DNA of 64,000 nucleotides, taken from NCBI GenBank assembly GCA_964386865.1, contig CAYLUN010000010.1, positions 20,754 to 84,753 of the forward strand. The letters are read 5' to 3'. The stretch's first letter is position 1; each line of letters starts with the position of its first letter. The position numbers and the translations under genes were made by a program. The notes under the pieces are model-generated. The model was not told the origin of the DNA, made no database searches, and saw nothing but the letters and a program-made list of their open reading frames with translations. This DNA comes from an uncultured Lentisphaeraceae bacterium. GTDB lineage: Bacteria > Verrucomicrobiota > Kiritimatiellia > RFP12 > UBA1067. Shown one piece after another: positions 27,291-36,716 of the stretch.

Positions 27291-28819
27291 AGGTCGTGTC
27301 CGCAGTAGGAGAGGTTGAAGCTCTTGTTGCAGATCGGGAAGTCCGAGATCTCCTGATTGCGCAGGGCGTAGGCGAGGCCGGGCCAGTTGTGGAAGGAGGG
27401 GTCGACCACCTTGTAGCGGGCGAAGCGGCCCTGCGCGTCGGTGATGGCCACGTGGCAGACTTCGCCGCGCCAGCCTTCGTTGAGGGCGACCGCGAAACGG
27501 TTCGGCGCAAGCGCCCGCACCGGGACGCGCGCGGCGCCGCCGGGGAGCGCGTGGAGCTGATTGCGGATGAAGGCGATCGACTGCTCGATCTCCAGCCCGC
27601 GCATGAAGGCGCGGGCGAAGACGTCGCCGGTCTCGCAGGTGGAGACCGGAATGTGCGTGAAGCAGAAGATGCCGGAGGGCTGGTCGCGCCGCACGTCGCG
27701 CTCGAGGCCGGAGGCGCGGGCGGCGGGTCCGACGAGCCCCAGCTCGGCCGCGACGGAGCGCGGGACGGGGCCGACGTCTTCGAACCGCGCCATGACCGAC
27801 TGCGTATTCCAGAGCAAGTTGACGGCGACAGAGGTGTCTTTCTCGCCCGCGTCGAGGCGGCGTCCGAGCTCGGCGGCGCGTTCGGCGTCGAGGTCGAAGC
27901 CGACTCCGCCCGGCCGGACGAGGCCGCGGCCGAAGCGGCTGCCGCACAGCAGGGCCGTCATGTTGAGGAAGTCGCCGCGGATGCGGCCGCAGAAGCTGGC
28001 CGTGGGCAGAAAGCCGACGTCGCCGGCCAGCGCGCCGAGGTCGCCGACGTGGTTGGCGAGGCGCTCCAGCTCGAGCGCGATGCCGCGCACGGCCTGGGCG
28101 CGCGCGCTGGTCTGGCACGCCGCGAGCTCTTCGATGAGCTGGCAGCAGGACGTGGTGTGGGCGACGGTGGAGTCGCCGGAGAGGGTCTCGGCGTAGTGGA
28201 TCGTGCGGGCGTTCGGGCCGCCGAGCAGGGCCTCCTCCACGCCGCGGTGCTGGTAGCCGAGGGCGATCTCGAGGTGGAAGACCTGCTCGCCGTGGCATTG
28301 GAAGCGGAAGTGGCCGGGCTCGATGACGCCCGCGTGGACGGGGCCGACCGCGACCTCGTGCACCTCGTCGCCGTCGACGCGGTAGAAGTCGCCCACGGCG
28401 GGCAGGATGGGCTGGCCGGCGGGGCGGCCCCAGGCGTCGCGCCCCGTCCAGGAGCGGCGGTAGCGCACGGGCTTGAGCCACGGGTGGCCGGCGGGGCGGA
28501 GCCCGAACTGCTCGGCGAGCTCGCGCTCGAACAGGTGCGCCTGCGGGCAGCGCGGCGTGAGCGAGGGGAACTCGCTGCCTGCGACGTCGGCGGCGGCGGC
28601 GAAGAGCAGGTTCTGCTCGTCGTCGGCGAGGACGGCGTAGAGGCGGGTCGCGCCGGGCAGCGGCGAGGCGGCGCCGAAGAGGGCGCTGACGCGCTGGCGG
28701 GCGGCGGCGGCGCTCAGGATGGCCTGGCCGAAGTCGGCCAGTGAGAGCACGGGGATTTCCGACAGGTCGACGGACTGGCCGTTGGTCAGCGCGGCGAGCT
28801 CGGGGCGGACGTCGCTCAT
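27287..28819 (-). CDS. Ehr-type 'large subunit' (fused NuoC-NuoD / HyfG-HycE-like) lacking the N-terminal NiFe-ligating cysteines
   Basis: 510 aa. 'GPVHAGVIEPGHFRF' is the conserved NuoD/HycE block. Canonical L1 motif ERxCGxCxxxH reads 'ETLSGDSTVAH' (both Cys -> Ser). C-terminal 'DFPICNKSF...YCGHDL' departs from DPCxxCxxH. Confidence 0.8.
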   Translation of the reverse strand: MSDVRPELAALTNGQSVDLSEIPVLSLADFGQAILSAAAARQRVSALFGAASPLPGATRLYAVLADDEQNLLFAAAADVAGSEFPSLTPRCPQAHLFERELAEQFGLRPAGHPWLKPVRYRRSWTGRDAWGRPAGQPILPAVGDFYRVDGDEVHEVAVGPVHAGVIEPGHFRFQCHGEQVFHLEIALGYQHRGVEEALLGGPNARTIHYAETLSGDSTVAHTTSCCQLIEELAACQTSARAQAVRGIALELERLANHVGDLGALAGDVGFLPTASFCGRIRGDFLNMTALLCGSRFGRGLVRPGGVGFDLDAERAAELGRRLDAGEKDTSVAVNLLWNTQSVMARFEDVGPVPRSVAAELGLVGPAARASGLERDVRRDQPSGIFCFTHIPVSTCETGDVFARAFMRGLEIEQSIAFIRNQLHALPGGAARVPVRALAPNRFAVALNEGWRGEVCHVAITDAQGRFARYKVVDPSFHNWPGLAYALRNQEISDFPICNKSFNLSYCGHDL

Positions 28820-30249
28820 GGCTGGCCCTCCAGGAAGAGCACCGCGTCGCGGACGAGCGCGTTGAGCGGGGCGGGGATGTAGACGCCCACGAGCAGGACG
28901 AGCAGCATGAGGCCCAGGATCGGCCCGGCGGTCAGGAAGCTGTCGCGGTACGGCGTGTTGCGGGCCTCGAAGGAGGCGCGGCCCTGAACCACCTTGAGGA
29001 CGGTCGCGCCCATGCCGACGAAGACCACCAGCAGCAGGAAGAGGAAGAGCCCGCCGATGGCGATGTGCCCGGCGTCAAACGCGCCGTTGAGGATGGAGAA
29101 CTCGCTGATGAAGGGCCCGAAGGGCGGCGAGCCGGTGATGGCGAGGAAGCCGACGAGGAAGAGGGTGCCGGAGAGCGGCAGGCGCCGCATCGCGCCGCAC
29201 ACCTGGTCGGTGCTCTTGCTGCCGTAGGCGCGGTGGATGTTGCCGGCGGAGAGGAAGAGCACGCCCTTGGTCAGGCCGTTGGTCACCACGTGCAGCAGCG
29301 TGCCGAAGAGCGCGGGTGCTCCGAGCCCGAGGCCCAGCACGAGGATGCCCATGTGCTCGACGCTGGAGTAGGCGAGCATGCGCTTGAAATCGCGCTGGCC
29401 GACCATGAAGAGGCAGGCGACCGCCATCGAAAGCAGGCCCATGAAAAGCAGCAGGCGCGACACGTACGCGCTTTCGCCGGCCGCGATGCAGATGTGGTAG
29501 GTGCGCAGCAGCGCGAGGAAGGCGCAGTTCGTCACGCCGCCCGCGAGCATCGCGCCGACGAGGCCGGGCGCCTCGCCGTAGGCGTCGGGCTTCCACGTGT
29601 GCATGGGGGCGAGGCCCATCTTGGTGCCGTAGCCCACGAGCAGCAGCACGAACGCCGCGTGCAGCCAGGGCTTGGAGAGCTTCGGCGCGTGGGCCAGCAG
29701 GCTCTCAAACGTGAGCGAGGTCTCGAGGCCGGTGTGCAGGGAGGCGTAGGCGAGGAAGAAGGTGCCCAGCAGCGCGAGGGCGATGCCGACCGAGCCGACG
29801 AGCAGGTACTTCCACGTGGCCTCGATGCTGCGCTGCGTATGGTTGAAGAAGATCAGCGGCGCGGTCGCGAGGGTGGTGCCCTCGATGGCCACCCACATGA
29901 GGCCGAGGTGGTGCGCCCACGTCACCAGCGTCATGATGCCCAGAAAGGCCAAGAGGCAGGCGCAGAACACGCGGTTGGGCCGCTCCTCGCGGAAGCGGAG
30001 GTAGCCGACCGCCGAGAACGACACGAAGAAGAACAGCGTGCTGACGACCGGCAGGATCAGCTTGCCGAGCGGGTCGAGCACCAGCCACGCCGCGCTGACG
30101 CACCGGGCGGGGTCGAGCAGGGTGTAGACGGTCAGCGCGAGGTGCGCGACGCCCGCCACGGGCAGCACCCACGGCCGCAGCCGGTTGGAGGGGATGGCCG
30201 CCGCGACGGCGGCCAGCAGCAGCGGCATGAAGATGAGGGCGAAAGCCAT
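28816..30249 (-). CDS. Ehr/Hyf complex antiporter-like membrane subunit (HyfF/NuoN-like)
   Basis: 477 aa polytopic protein with Proton_antipo_M-type conserved core ('MLAYSSVEHMG', 'LFLSAG'). Confidence 0.75.
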   Translation of the reverse strand: MAFALIFMPLLLAAVAAAIPSNRLRPWVLPVAGVAHLALTVYTLLDPARCVSAAWLVLDPLGKLILPVVSTLFFFVSFSAVGYLRFREERPNRVFCACLLAFLGIMTLVTWAHHLGLMWVAIEGTTLATAPLIFFNHTQRSIEATWKYLLVGSVGIALALLGTFFLAYASLHTGLETSLTFESLLAHAPKLSKPWLHAAFVLLLVGYGTKMGLAPMHTWKPDAYGEAPGLVGAMLAGGVTNCAFLALLRTYHICIAAGESAYVSRLLLFMGLLSMAVACLFMVGQRDFKRMLAYSSVEHMGILVLGLGLGAPALFGTLLHVVTNGLTKGVLFLSAGNIHRAYGSKSTDQVCGAMRRLPLSGTLFLVGFLAITGSPPFGPFISEFSILNGAFDAGHIAIGGLFLFLLLVVFVGMGATVLKVVQGRASFEARNTPYRDSFLTAGPILGLMLLVLLVGVYIPAPLNALVRDAVLFLEGQP

Positions 30250-30251
30250 GG

Positions 30252-30893
30252 CTACTCCTTCAGCGAAACCAGCCTGCGCGTGTCCATCGAGGCGAACGCC
30301 TGGTTGATTTGGTTGACGATGATGCAGATCACGAAGATGGCGACGAAGAGGTCGAGCAGCACGCCCATCTCGACGACGAGCGGCATGGCCTCGACCAGAA
30401 GCATGCCGAAGATGAAGATGCCGTTTTCAAGCACGAGGTAGCCCATCACTTGGGTGAGCGCCTTGAAGCGGGTGGTCAGCAGGATGAAGCCGACGAGCAC
30501 GGTGGCGATGGACGTGGGCACGAGCAGCGCGCCGGCGTGCTGCTCGGCGAGCGGCAGCTGGTCGGCGAAAAGGAGCGCGAACACGGTGCCCAGCGCGCCG
30601 AGGATCACCGACGGCTGCAGGCCGATCAGCGGCTCCACCTCGCGCTTGATTTTGACGTCGCGCAGCGCGCGGCTCATCATGGCCGGGATCACGATACCCT
30701 TGAGCGCGATGGTGATGACGACGGTCAGCGCCGTCGTCAGCGTGGAGTGCTCGTGCAGCAGGAGCGGCAGGAGCCCCAGCAGCGCGCCTTGGAGCGCCAC
30801 GGTGCGCACCACGGAGACGATCCGGCTCGTGCCCAGCGCGAAGAGGTTGAGCACCAGCACAAAGACGAGGAGGGTGTTGAGAAGGTTGGTCAT
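30252..30893 (-). CDS. Ehr/Hyf complex small membrane subunit (HyfE-like)
   Basis: 213 aa, ~6 TM helices. Position between the HyfC-like and HyfF-like genes matches hyfE in the hydrogenase-4 operon. Confidence 0.65.
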   Translation of the reverse strand: MTNLLNTLLVFVLVLNLFALGTSRIVSVVRTVALQGALLGLLPLLLHEHSTLTTALTVVITIALKGIVIPAMMSRALRDVKIKREVEPLIGLQPSVILGALGTVFALLFADQLPLAEQHAGALLVPTSIATVLVGFILLTTRFKALTQVMGYLVLENGIFIFGMLLVEAMPLVVEMGVLLDLFVAIFVICIIVNQINQAFASMDTRRLVSLKE

Positions 30894-30897
30894 ACGG

Positions 30898-31806
30898 TCA
30901 CCTGATTAGAAGAATGAAGCCGAAGCCGCAGAAGAGCAGCGCGCCCACCAGCAGGTAGGGCACGTGCCGCATTTGAAGGCGGGCCGTCACCGATTCCACC
31001 ACGCCGATAATGGCCGCCAGCCCCACGAGCTCCATGAGGTAGAGCGGCCAGTCGAGGTAGCTGCGGCCGGTGGCGAAGGGGGCCACCACGTGCAGCAGCA
31101 CGGTGCCGAGCACGAGCAGTTTGACCGACGAGGCGTAGAGGATCAGGCCGAAGAGCGGGCCGCTGTGGTCGAGCACCATGGCCTCGTGAATCATCGTCAG
31201 CTCGAGGTGGGTGGTCGGGTCGTCCACGGGGATGCGGCAGGTCTCGGCCAGCATGACGATGAACAGCCCGATCGAGATCAGCACCAGCGGCGCGGCGACG
31301 TCTGCGGAGAGGGCGAGCGAGGGGCCGTGCAGCATGGGCGCGAGCGAGAGGGAACCCGAGATCTTCGCCAGCACGAGGAAGGCGAAGAAGAGCGCTGGCT
31401 CAGAAAGGCAGGCGAAGGTCACCTCGCGCGCGGAGCCCATGCCCTCGAAGGCCGAGCCCGTGTCCAGCGCGGCCGTGGTCGTGAAGAACCGCGCCAGGCC
31501 GAAGAGGTAGGCGAAGAGGATGAGGTCGCCCGTGAAGGAGATCGGCGCGCCGAACGCGCCAAAGGGGATCAGCAGCCCGGCGAGCAGGACGGCGGCCAGC
31601 GTCACAACCGGGCCGGCGCGGAAGACCCACGTGGTCGTGTCGCTGATCACCATGCCCCGCTGGAGCAGCTTGGCGATGTCGTAGTACGGCTGCAGCAGCG
31701 GCGCGCCGACGCGGCCCGCGAACCACGCTTTGGTCTTGGTGATGACGCCGAGCAGGAGCGGAGGCGCCAGCAGCAGCACGACGATATGGATCAGGGTGTC
31801 GATCAT
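30898..31806 (-). CDS. Ehr/Hyf complex NuoH-like membrane subunit (HyfC/HycD-like)
   Basis: 302 aa. NuoH/HycD-like conserved helices ('LLQPYYDIAKLL', 'LAETCRIPVD'). Confidence 0.8.
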   Translation of the reverse strand: MIDTLIHIVVLLLAPPLLLGVITKTKAWFAGRVGAPLLQPYYDIAKLLQRGMVISDTTTWVFRAGPVVTLAAVLLAGLLIPFGAFGAPISFTGDLILFAYLFGLARFFTTTAALDTGSAFEGMGSAREVTFACLSEPALFFAFLVLAKISGSLSLAPMLHGPSLALSADVAAPLVLISIGLFIVMLAETCRIPVDDPTTHLELTMIHEAMVLDHSGPLFGLILYASSVKLLVLGTVLLHVVAPFATGRSYLDWPLYLMELVGLAAIIGVVESVTARLQMRHVPYLLVGALLFCGFGFILLIR

Positions 31807-31812
31807 GGCTTG

Positions 31813-33813
31813 TTAACTCCCGGCGTTGCCCCACACGAGCAAGACGATCATGACGATCAAGATGTACAGCACGTAGAGATGCGTCTGGCCCTGCTGGAGC
31901 ACGCGCAGCCGCGGCAGGTAGCGCCCGGCGGCTAGGAACAGCGGCGTCGCCAGCCGGTCCAGCACGGCGTCTGGCACGAGGCTCTTGAAGGCCGAGGGCC
32001 GCGGGAAGAGGCCCCGCAGGGCGGTCCGGCAGTCCCGTGGCCACAGCAGGAAGGAGGTGAGGCGGACCAGGGAGTTGCCGAGCGACGAGCCGGTGTACTG
32101 CATGCGGGCGGTGGGCCGCGCGTAGCCGCAGTCCCAGGTCGGCCCCCTCCTGACGGCCTGCTTCCGCAGGGCCGCCCTGAGGAGCGCAAGCACGGCTCCC
32201 GCGAGCGCCAGAAGCGCGAGGTCGGCCACGGTGAAGCACGCCAGCGGGGCGGCTGAGGCGAGGGAGCTCGCGGCGGCGGCCGGCGGGAACCACGACCGGA
32301 CCGCGGCGTCCAGCAGCGGAGTCGCGAGAAAGGGCGCGAGGCCGAGGGCCGCACACCCGCCGGCGAGCAGCGCCATGGGCCCGAGCATGGCTGCGTCCGG
32401 GTCATGCGCCGCACGGGCTGTGGCCTCGGCGCGCGGCGCGCCGAGGAAGACCGCGCCGAGCACCTTCACGAAACAGGCGACCGCCAGCGCGCCGGCCGCG
32501 GCGAGTGCCACGACCGCCAGAGCGGCGGCGGGCAGGCCGGGCGCGCCGCCCTGGCCCAGCGTCTGGAAGAGGCCCAGATAGAGCAGCCACTCGCTGGCAA
32601 AGCCGTTCAGCGGCGGCAGCGCGCAGATGGCGACCGCGCCCACCACAAACAGCGCCATGACGCGCGGGGCGCGCTTGGCGAGGCCGCCCATGCGGTCGAT
32701 CTCGCGCGTGCCCGTCGCGTGGATGACCGCGCCGGCATTGAAGAAAAGCAGCGATTTGAAAAGCGCGTGATTCCAGACGTGCAGCAGCGCGCCGCCCAAG
32801 CCCAGCACGACCCACGCCGGATGTCCGGCGGGGGCGCCGTGGCAGCGGCCCAGGAGCGCCAGCCCGAGGCCCATGGCGATGATGCCGATGTTCTCGATGC
32901 TGCTGTAGGCGAGCAGCCGCTTCAGGTCGCGCTGGCCGATGGCGTACGCGATGCCCGCCACGCTGGAGCACGCGCCTGCCGCGAGCAGCGTGGCGCCCCA
33001 CCAGACCTCGCCGCCCGGCAGCAGGGCGGTCAGGCGGACGAGGCCGTACACGCCCATTTTGAGCATCACGCCGGACATCACGGCCGACACGTGGCTGGGC
33101 GCGTTGGCGTGCGCGCCGGGCAGCCAGACGTGCAGCGGCATGAGGCCCGCCTTGAAGCCGAAACCGACCAGCGCGAGCGCGAAGAGCGCGTTCGCCGTCG
33201 CGGCGGGCAGCCCCAGGTGCGCCTCCAGCGCGAACGAGCCGGTCGCGTGGCGCCAAAGCGCGAAAAGAGCGAAGAGGCAGAGCGTGCCGACGTGCGTGGC
33301 GATCAGGTAGATCCAGCCCGCGCGGCGGACCTCGGGCTTGTCGTCCTCCGCCGTGGCCGCGAAGTAGGCGGCGAGCGCCATGATCTCCCAGGCGAGCAGG
33401 AAGAGCATGCCGTCGCGCGCGATGACGACCAGCGCCATCGCTCCGGCCAGCACGCCGTAGGCAAGGTTCAGGCGGCGGCCGTTGGCCGGGTGCTCGGCCT
33501 GCTTCCAGTAGCCGAGGCCGTAGACGGCGCCGCAGGCTGGCACGACGAACACGGGCAGCAGGAAGACCGCGCTGAGCGTGTCCAGCCCCACGGCGAACCG
33601 GCTCAGCGGCAAGCCCCAGGGCAGGCTCAGCGCGGGGGCTTGCGGCGCGCCGAAGGCCAGCGCGACGGCGGCGAGCCCCAGCAGGCTGCCCGCCAGCAGC
33701 AGCCCGACGGCCAGCCGCTGTCCGGCGGCCGAGCGGGCGGACAGCAGGCAGCCCGGCAGGCCGCTCAGCAGCATGAGGGCGATAGCGAGTAGCAGAATGA
33801 AAAAGATGTTCAT
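31813..33813 (-). CDS. Ehr/Hyf complex antiporter-like subunit, paralog 2 (HyfB/NuoL-like)
   Basis: 666 aa. Proton_antipo_M core ('GLMPLHVWLPGAHANAPSHVSAVMSGVMLK', 'LLAYSSIENIG'). Confidence 0.8.
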   Translation of the reverse strand: MNIFFILLLAIALMLLSGLPGCLLSARSAAGQRLAVGLLLAGSLLGLAAVALAFGAPQAPALSLPWGLPLSRFAVGLDTLSAVFLLPVFVVPACGAVYGLGYWKQAEHPANGRRLNLAYGVLAGAMALVVIARDGMLFLLAWEIMALAAYFAATAEDDKPEVRRAGWIYLIATHVGTLCLFALFALWRHATGSFALEAHLGLPAATANALFALALVGFGFKAGLMPLHVWLPGAHANAPSHVSAVMSGVMLKMGVYGLVRLTALLPGGEVWWGATLLAAGACSSVAGIAYAIGQRDLKRLLAYSSIENIGIIAMGLGLALLGRCHGAPAGHPAWVVLGLGGALLHVWNHALFKSLLFFNAGAVIHATGTREIDRMGGLAKRAPRVMALFVVGAVAICALPPLNGFASEWLLYLGLFQTLGQGGAPGLPAAALAVVALAAAGALAVACFVKVLGAVFLGAPRAEATARAAHDPDAAMLGPMALLAGGCAALGLAPFLATPLLDAAVRSWFPPAAAASSLASAAPLACFTVADLALLALAGAVLALLRAALRKQAVRRGPTWDCGYARPTARMQYTGSSLGNSLVRLTSFLLWPRDCRTALRGLFPRPSAFKSLVPDAVLDRLATPLFLAAGRYLPRLRVLQQGQTHLYVLYILIVMIVLLVWGNAGS

Positions 33814-33834
33814 ACGGAAGTCAGAGGTCGGCGG

Positions 33835-35850
33835 TCAGCGCGCGAACCACTGCGCAAGGAAGGCTTTGAACGGGAACAGGGTGCTGAGTAAGGCGAGCAA
33901 GGTCAAGAGGATGTAGAGCACGTAGTGTTGGGTCAGCCCGCGCTGGAAGCGGTGGAACCAGCCGAACCCGCTCTCGATGCGGGCTCCGGCGGGCAGCAGC
34001 AGGCGGTCGAGCACCGCGTCGTCTACGTGGCTGTGCATGTGGGACGGTTGAGGGAAGAGCCCGGACACGCGCGGCCGCCGGCCGTGCGGGCGGAGCACCC
34101 GGACGAAAAGGAGGACGATTGTCTGGGCGAACGAGGAGGCGGTGTACTGCATCCGCGCGGTGGGGCGCGCGTAGCCGCAGTCCCACGTGGGGCCGGTTCG
34201 CGGCGCGGCGGCCTGCCGCCTCAGCAGGCGGGCGAGCCCGGCGGCGCAGGCGAGGAGGGAGAGTGCCAGCACGCTGATCGCGCCGACCGGCGCGAGCTGG
34301 GCGAGCCGTGCGGGCGCGAGCGAGGTGCCCGTGAGCCAGCAGGCGCACGAGGCGTCGAGCACCGGCGCGACGAGCGCGGGCGCGACCCCGATCAGCACGC
34401 AGCAGGCGGCGAGAGCCGCCATCGGCAGGCGCATCGTGAGGGGCGCCTCGCGGGCGTGCGCCGCCGCCCGGGTGCGCGGCTCGCCGAGGAAAACGGCGCC
34501 GTACACCTTTACGAAGCAGGCGACCGCCAGCGCGCCGACGGCGGCCAGCACGGGCACGCCGATGACGGCGGAGACGGTGCCCGGCCCGGCGGCGGTCGCG
34601 CGGCTCAGCAGGCCGAGGTAGACGAACCACTCGCTGACGAAGCCGTTCAGCGGGGGCAGGCCGCAGATGGCGACCGCACCGATCAGGAAGCAGGCGGCGG
34701 TCCACGGCATGGCCTTAGCGAGGCCGCCCAGGCGGTCGATCTGGCGCGTGCGTGCGGTGTGGACCACCGCGCCGGCGCAGAGGAAGAGCAGGGACTTGAA
34801 GAAGCTGTGGTTCCAGACGTGCAGCAGGCAGCCCGCGAGGCCGAGCGCGACCCAGTCCGCGCGGCCGGCGGAGCGGCCCAGCAGGGCCACGCCGAGGCCC
34901 ATCAGGATGATGCCGATGTTCTCGACGCTGTGGTAGGCGAGCAGGCGCTTGAGGTCGTGCTGGCCGAGGGCGAACACGACGCCCAGCAGGCCGCTGGCCG
35001 CGCCCAGGAGGAGGATCAGCGCGCCCCACGCGGCCGGCGGGTCTGGCAGCAGCGTCAGCCAGCGCACGAGGCCGTAGATGCCGGTCTTGAGCACGACGCC
35101 CGAGAGCATGGCCGAGACGTGGCTCGGTGCGCTGGCGTGGGCGCCGGGAAGCCAGAAGTGCAGCGGCATCATGCCGGCCTTGAGGCCGAAGCCGATCAGC
35201 ACGAGCAGGAACAGGAGGTTCGACAAGCCCGGCCCGAACGCGCCGGGAGCGGCGGGCTCGAGGGCGTACGAGCCTGTCGCGTGACGCCACAGCGCGAAGA
35301 GCGCGAAGAGCGTCAGCGTGCCCACATGCGTGGCGAACAGGTAGATCCAGCCCGCGTCGCGGCTCTCCGCGCGCTGGTCCTCGGTGGAGACTAAGAAGAA
35401 AGCGGAAAGCGCCATGAACTCCCAGCCCAGCAGGAAGGTCAGCGCGTGGCGGCTGACGATCAGCAGCGCCATGCCCGCGACCATCAGGCCCCAGAAGAGG
35501 CGCAGCTTGCGGCCGTTGCCGGGGTGGCGGCGCTGGGGCCAGTAGCCGAGGCCGTAGATGGGGCCGAGCGCGCCCATGAGGAAGACCGGCACGAGGAAGA
35601 ACGCGCTCAGCGGGTCGAGCCCGACCAGGCCGTTGCCGGCAGCCGGCCACGGGAAGAAGGAGGCGGGCGCCGCGCTGCCGCGGGTGCCGCACAGTGCTCC
35701 GGCGGCGCCGGCGAGCCCCACGAGGCCGGAGGCGGCCATCAGGATCACCGCGAGGCGCTCGCCCCGGCCTGACGCGCGCGGCAAGGCCGCGCCCGGAAAC
35801 CCGCTGGCGGCCGCAAGGGCGATGGCGAAGATGATCAGGTCGAGGAACAC
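33835..35850 (-). CDS. Ehr/Hyf complex antiporter-like subunit, paralog 1 (HyfB/NuoL-like)
   Basis: 671 aa. Same family as 31813..33813 ('MMPLHFWLPGAHASAPSHVSAMLSGVVLK', 'LLAYHSVENIG'); tandem duplication. Confidence 0.8.
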   Translation of the reverse strand: MFLDLIIFAIALAAASGFPGAALPRASGRGERLAVILMAASGLVGLAGAAGALCGTRGSAAPASFFPWPAAGNGLVGLDPLSAFFLVPVFLMGALGPIYGLGYWPQRRHPGNGRKLRLFWGLMVAGMALLIVSRHALTFLLGWEFMALSAFFLVSTEDQRAESRDAGWIYLFATHVGTLTLFALFALWRHATGSYALEPAAPGAFGPGLSNLLFLLVLIGFGLKAGMMPLHFWLPGAHASAPSHVSAMLSGVVLKTGIYGLVRWLTLLPDPPAAWGALILLLGAASGLLGVVFALGQHDLKRLLAYHSVENIGIILMGLGVALLGRSAGRADWVALGLAGCLLHVWNHSFFKSLLFLCAGAVVHTARTRQIDRLGGLAKAMPWTAACFLIGAVAICGLPPLNGFVSEWFVYLGLLSRATAAGPGTVSAVIGVPVLAAVGALAVACFVKVYGAVFLGEPRTRAAAHAREAPLTMRLPMAALAACCVLIGVAPALVAPVLDASCACWLTGTSLAPARLAQLAPVGAISVLALSLLACAAGLARLLRRQAAAPRTGPTWDCGYARPTARMQYTASSFAQTIVLLFVRVLRPHGRRPRVSGLFPQPSHMHSHVDDAVLDRLLLPAGARIESGFGWFHRFQRGLTQHYVLYILLTLLALLSTLFPFKAFLAQWFAR

Positions 35851-35881
35851 GCGGACTCCTGTGAGGTTGGGCTTCGCGCCG

Positions 35882-36583
35882 CTAGTGGGCGCAGGAACCT
35901 CCCGGGGCCGGATGGGCCGCGGCCTCCGCGGCGGCGATCAGCCGCATCAGCTCCGCCTGCGGGGCCTGCCGCTTCAGCGCGGCCTTGACCTCCGGTTTGC
36001 GGATGACGAAGCCCAGGCGCGAAAGCAGGTGCAGGTGCGTCTTGACCGTCGGGCTGATGAGCGTGAAGAGAATGTTGACGGGCTTGTCGTCGACCGCGTG
36101 GAAATCGATCGGGGTCTCCAGAAAGCAGAGCGTCACGGTCGGCTTGGCGACGCGCAGCACCACGGGGTTGCGCACGTGCGGGATCGCGATGCCGTCGCCG
36201 ACTCCCGTGGAGCCCATGCTCTCGCGTGCCAGCAGGATCTGGTAGAGGAACTCGCGGTCGAGTTCCTCCGGCAACTTCAGGACGTCGACGATAGCCCGCA
36301 GCACGGAGGCCGGGTCGTTGCCGCCGACCTTGTAGGCCACCCCGCCTGCGGTCAGTGCGGCGGAGAGGGTCGGGAGCTGGGGCGTGTTGGGCTCGCCGGC
36401 GTTGAAGAGGTCGGGCGAGATCTGGATGTTGCGGGCCGTGGCCCACTCCAGCAGTTCGGAGCGGTTGAAGCGGATCTGTTCGTTCATGGAGTGGGAGGGT
36501 ATCTCCTCCCGCTTGACCCACTCGTAGACTGTGTCTTCGGACACGTTCAGAAGCGCCGCCGCGTCTTTCACCGACAGTTGCAT
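35882..36583 (-). CDS. transcriptional regulator: N-terminal MerR/excisionase-type HTH fused to PTS EIIA type-2 (PtsN/EIIA-Ntr-like) domain
   Basis: 'LLNVSEDTVYEWVKREEIP' HTH_17-like helix. 'GVGDGIAIPHVRN' is the EIIA-2 phospho-His signature. Ends 31 nt upstream of the first Ehr gene on the same strand. Confidence 0.7.
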   Translation of the reverse strand: MQLSVKDAAALLNVSEDTVYEWVKREEIPSHSMNEQIRFNRSELLEWATARNIQISPDLFNAGEPNTPQLPTLSAALTAGGVAYKVGGNDPASVLRAIVDVLKLPEELDREFLYQILLARESMGSTGVGDGIAIPHVRNPVVLRVAKPTVTLCFLETPIDFHAVDDKPVNILFTLISPTVKTHLHLLSRLGFVIRKPEVKAALKRQAPQAELMRLIAAAEAAAHPAPGGSCAH

Positions 36584-36671
36584 TCGATCCGCTCCGCAGG
36601 CTGATCACCTGCCACCGACCGCGCGCCATGTGTCACGCCGATCTGAAAATATCAACCGGACAAAGCCGAAA

Positions 36672-36700
36672 TGAAAAAAGACCGCCGGGATGGGCGGCCT
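36672..36700 (-). terminator. putative rho-independent terminator downstream of tRNA-Ala
   Basis: On the minus strand: GGCCGCCCATCCCGGCGGTC hairpin followed by TTTTTT. Confidence 0.45.
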
Positions 36701-36716
36701 CTCTGTTTTTGGCACA

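Noticed and set aside
26511-28481. 656-aa minus-strand ORF overlapping the Ehr large-subunit gene
   Set aside because: It is an out-of-frame high-GC artefact for most of its length. Only its last 259 codons (from MIKATLARL, 27290 down to 26511) are the real ferredoxin/NuoB-like fusion gene.
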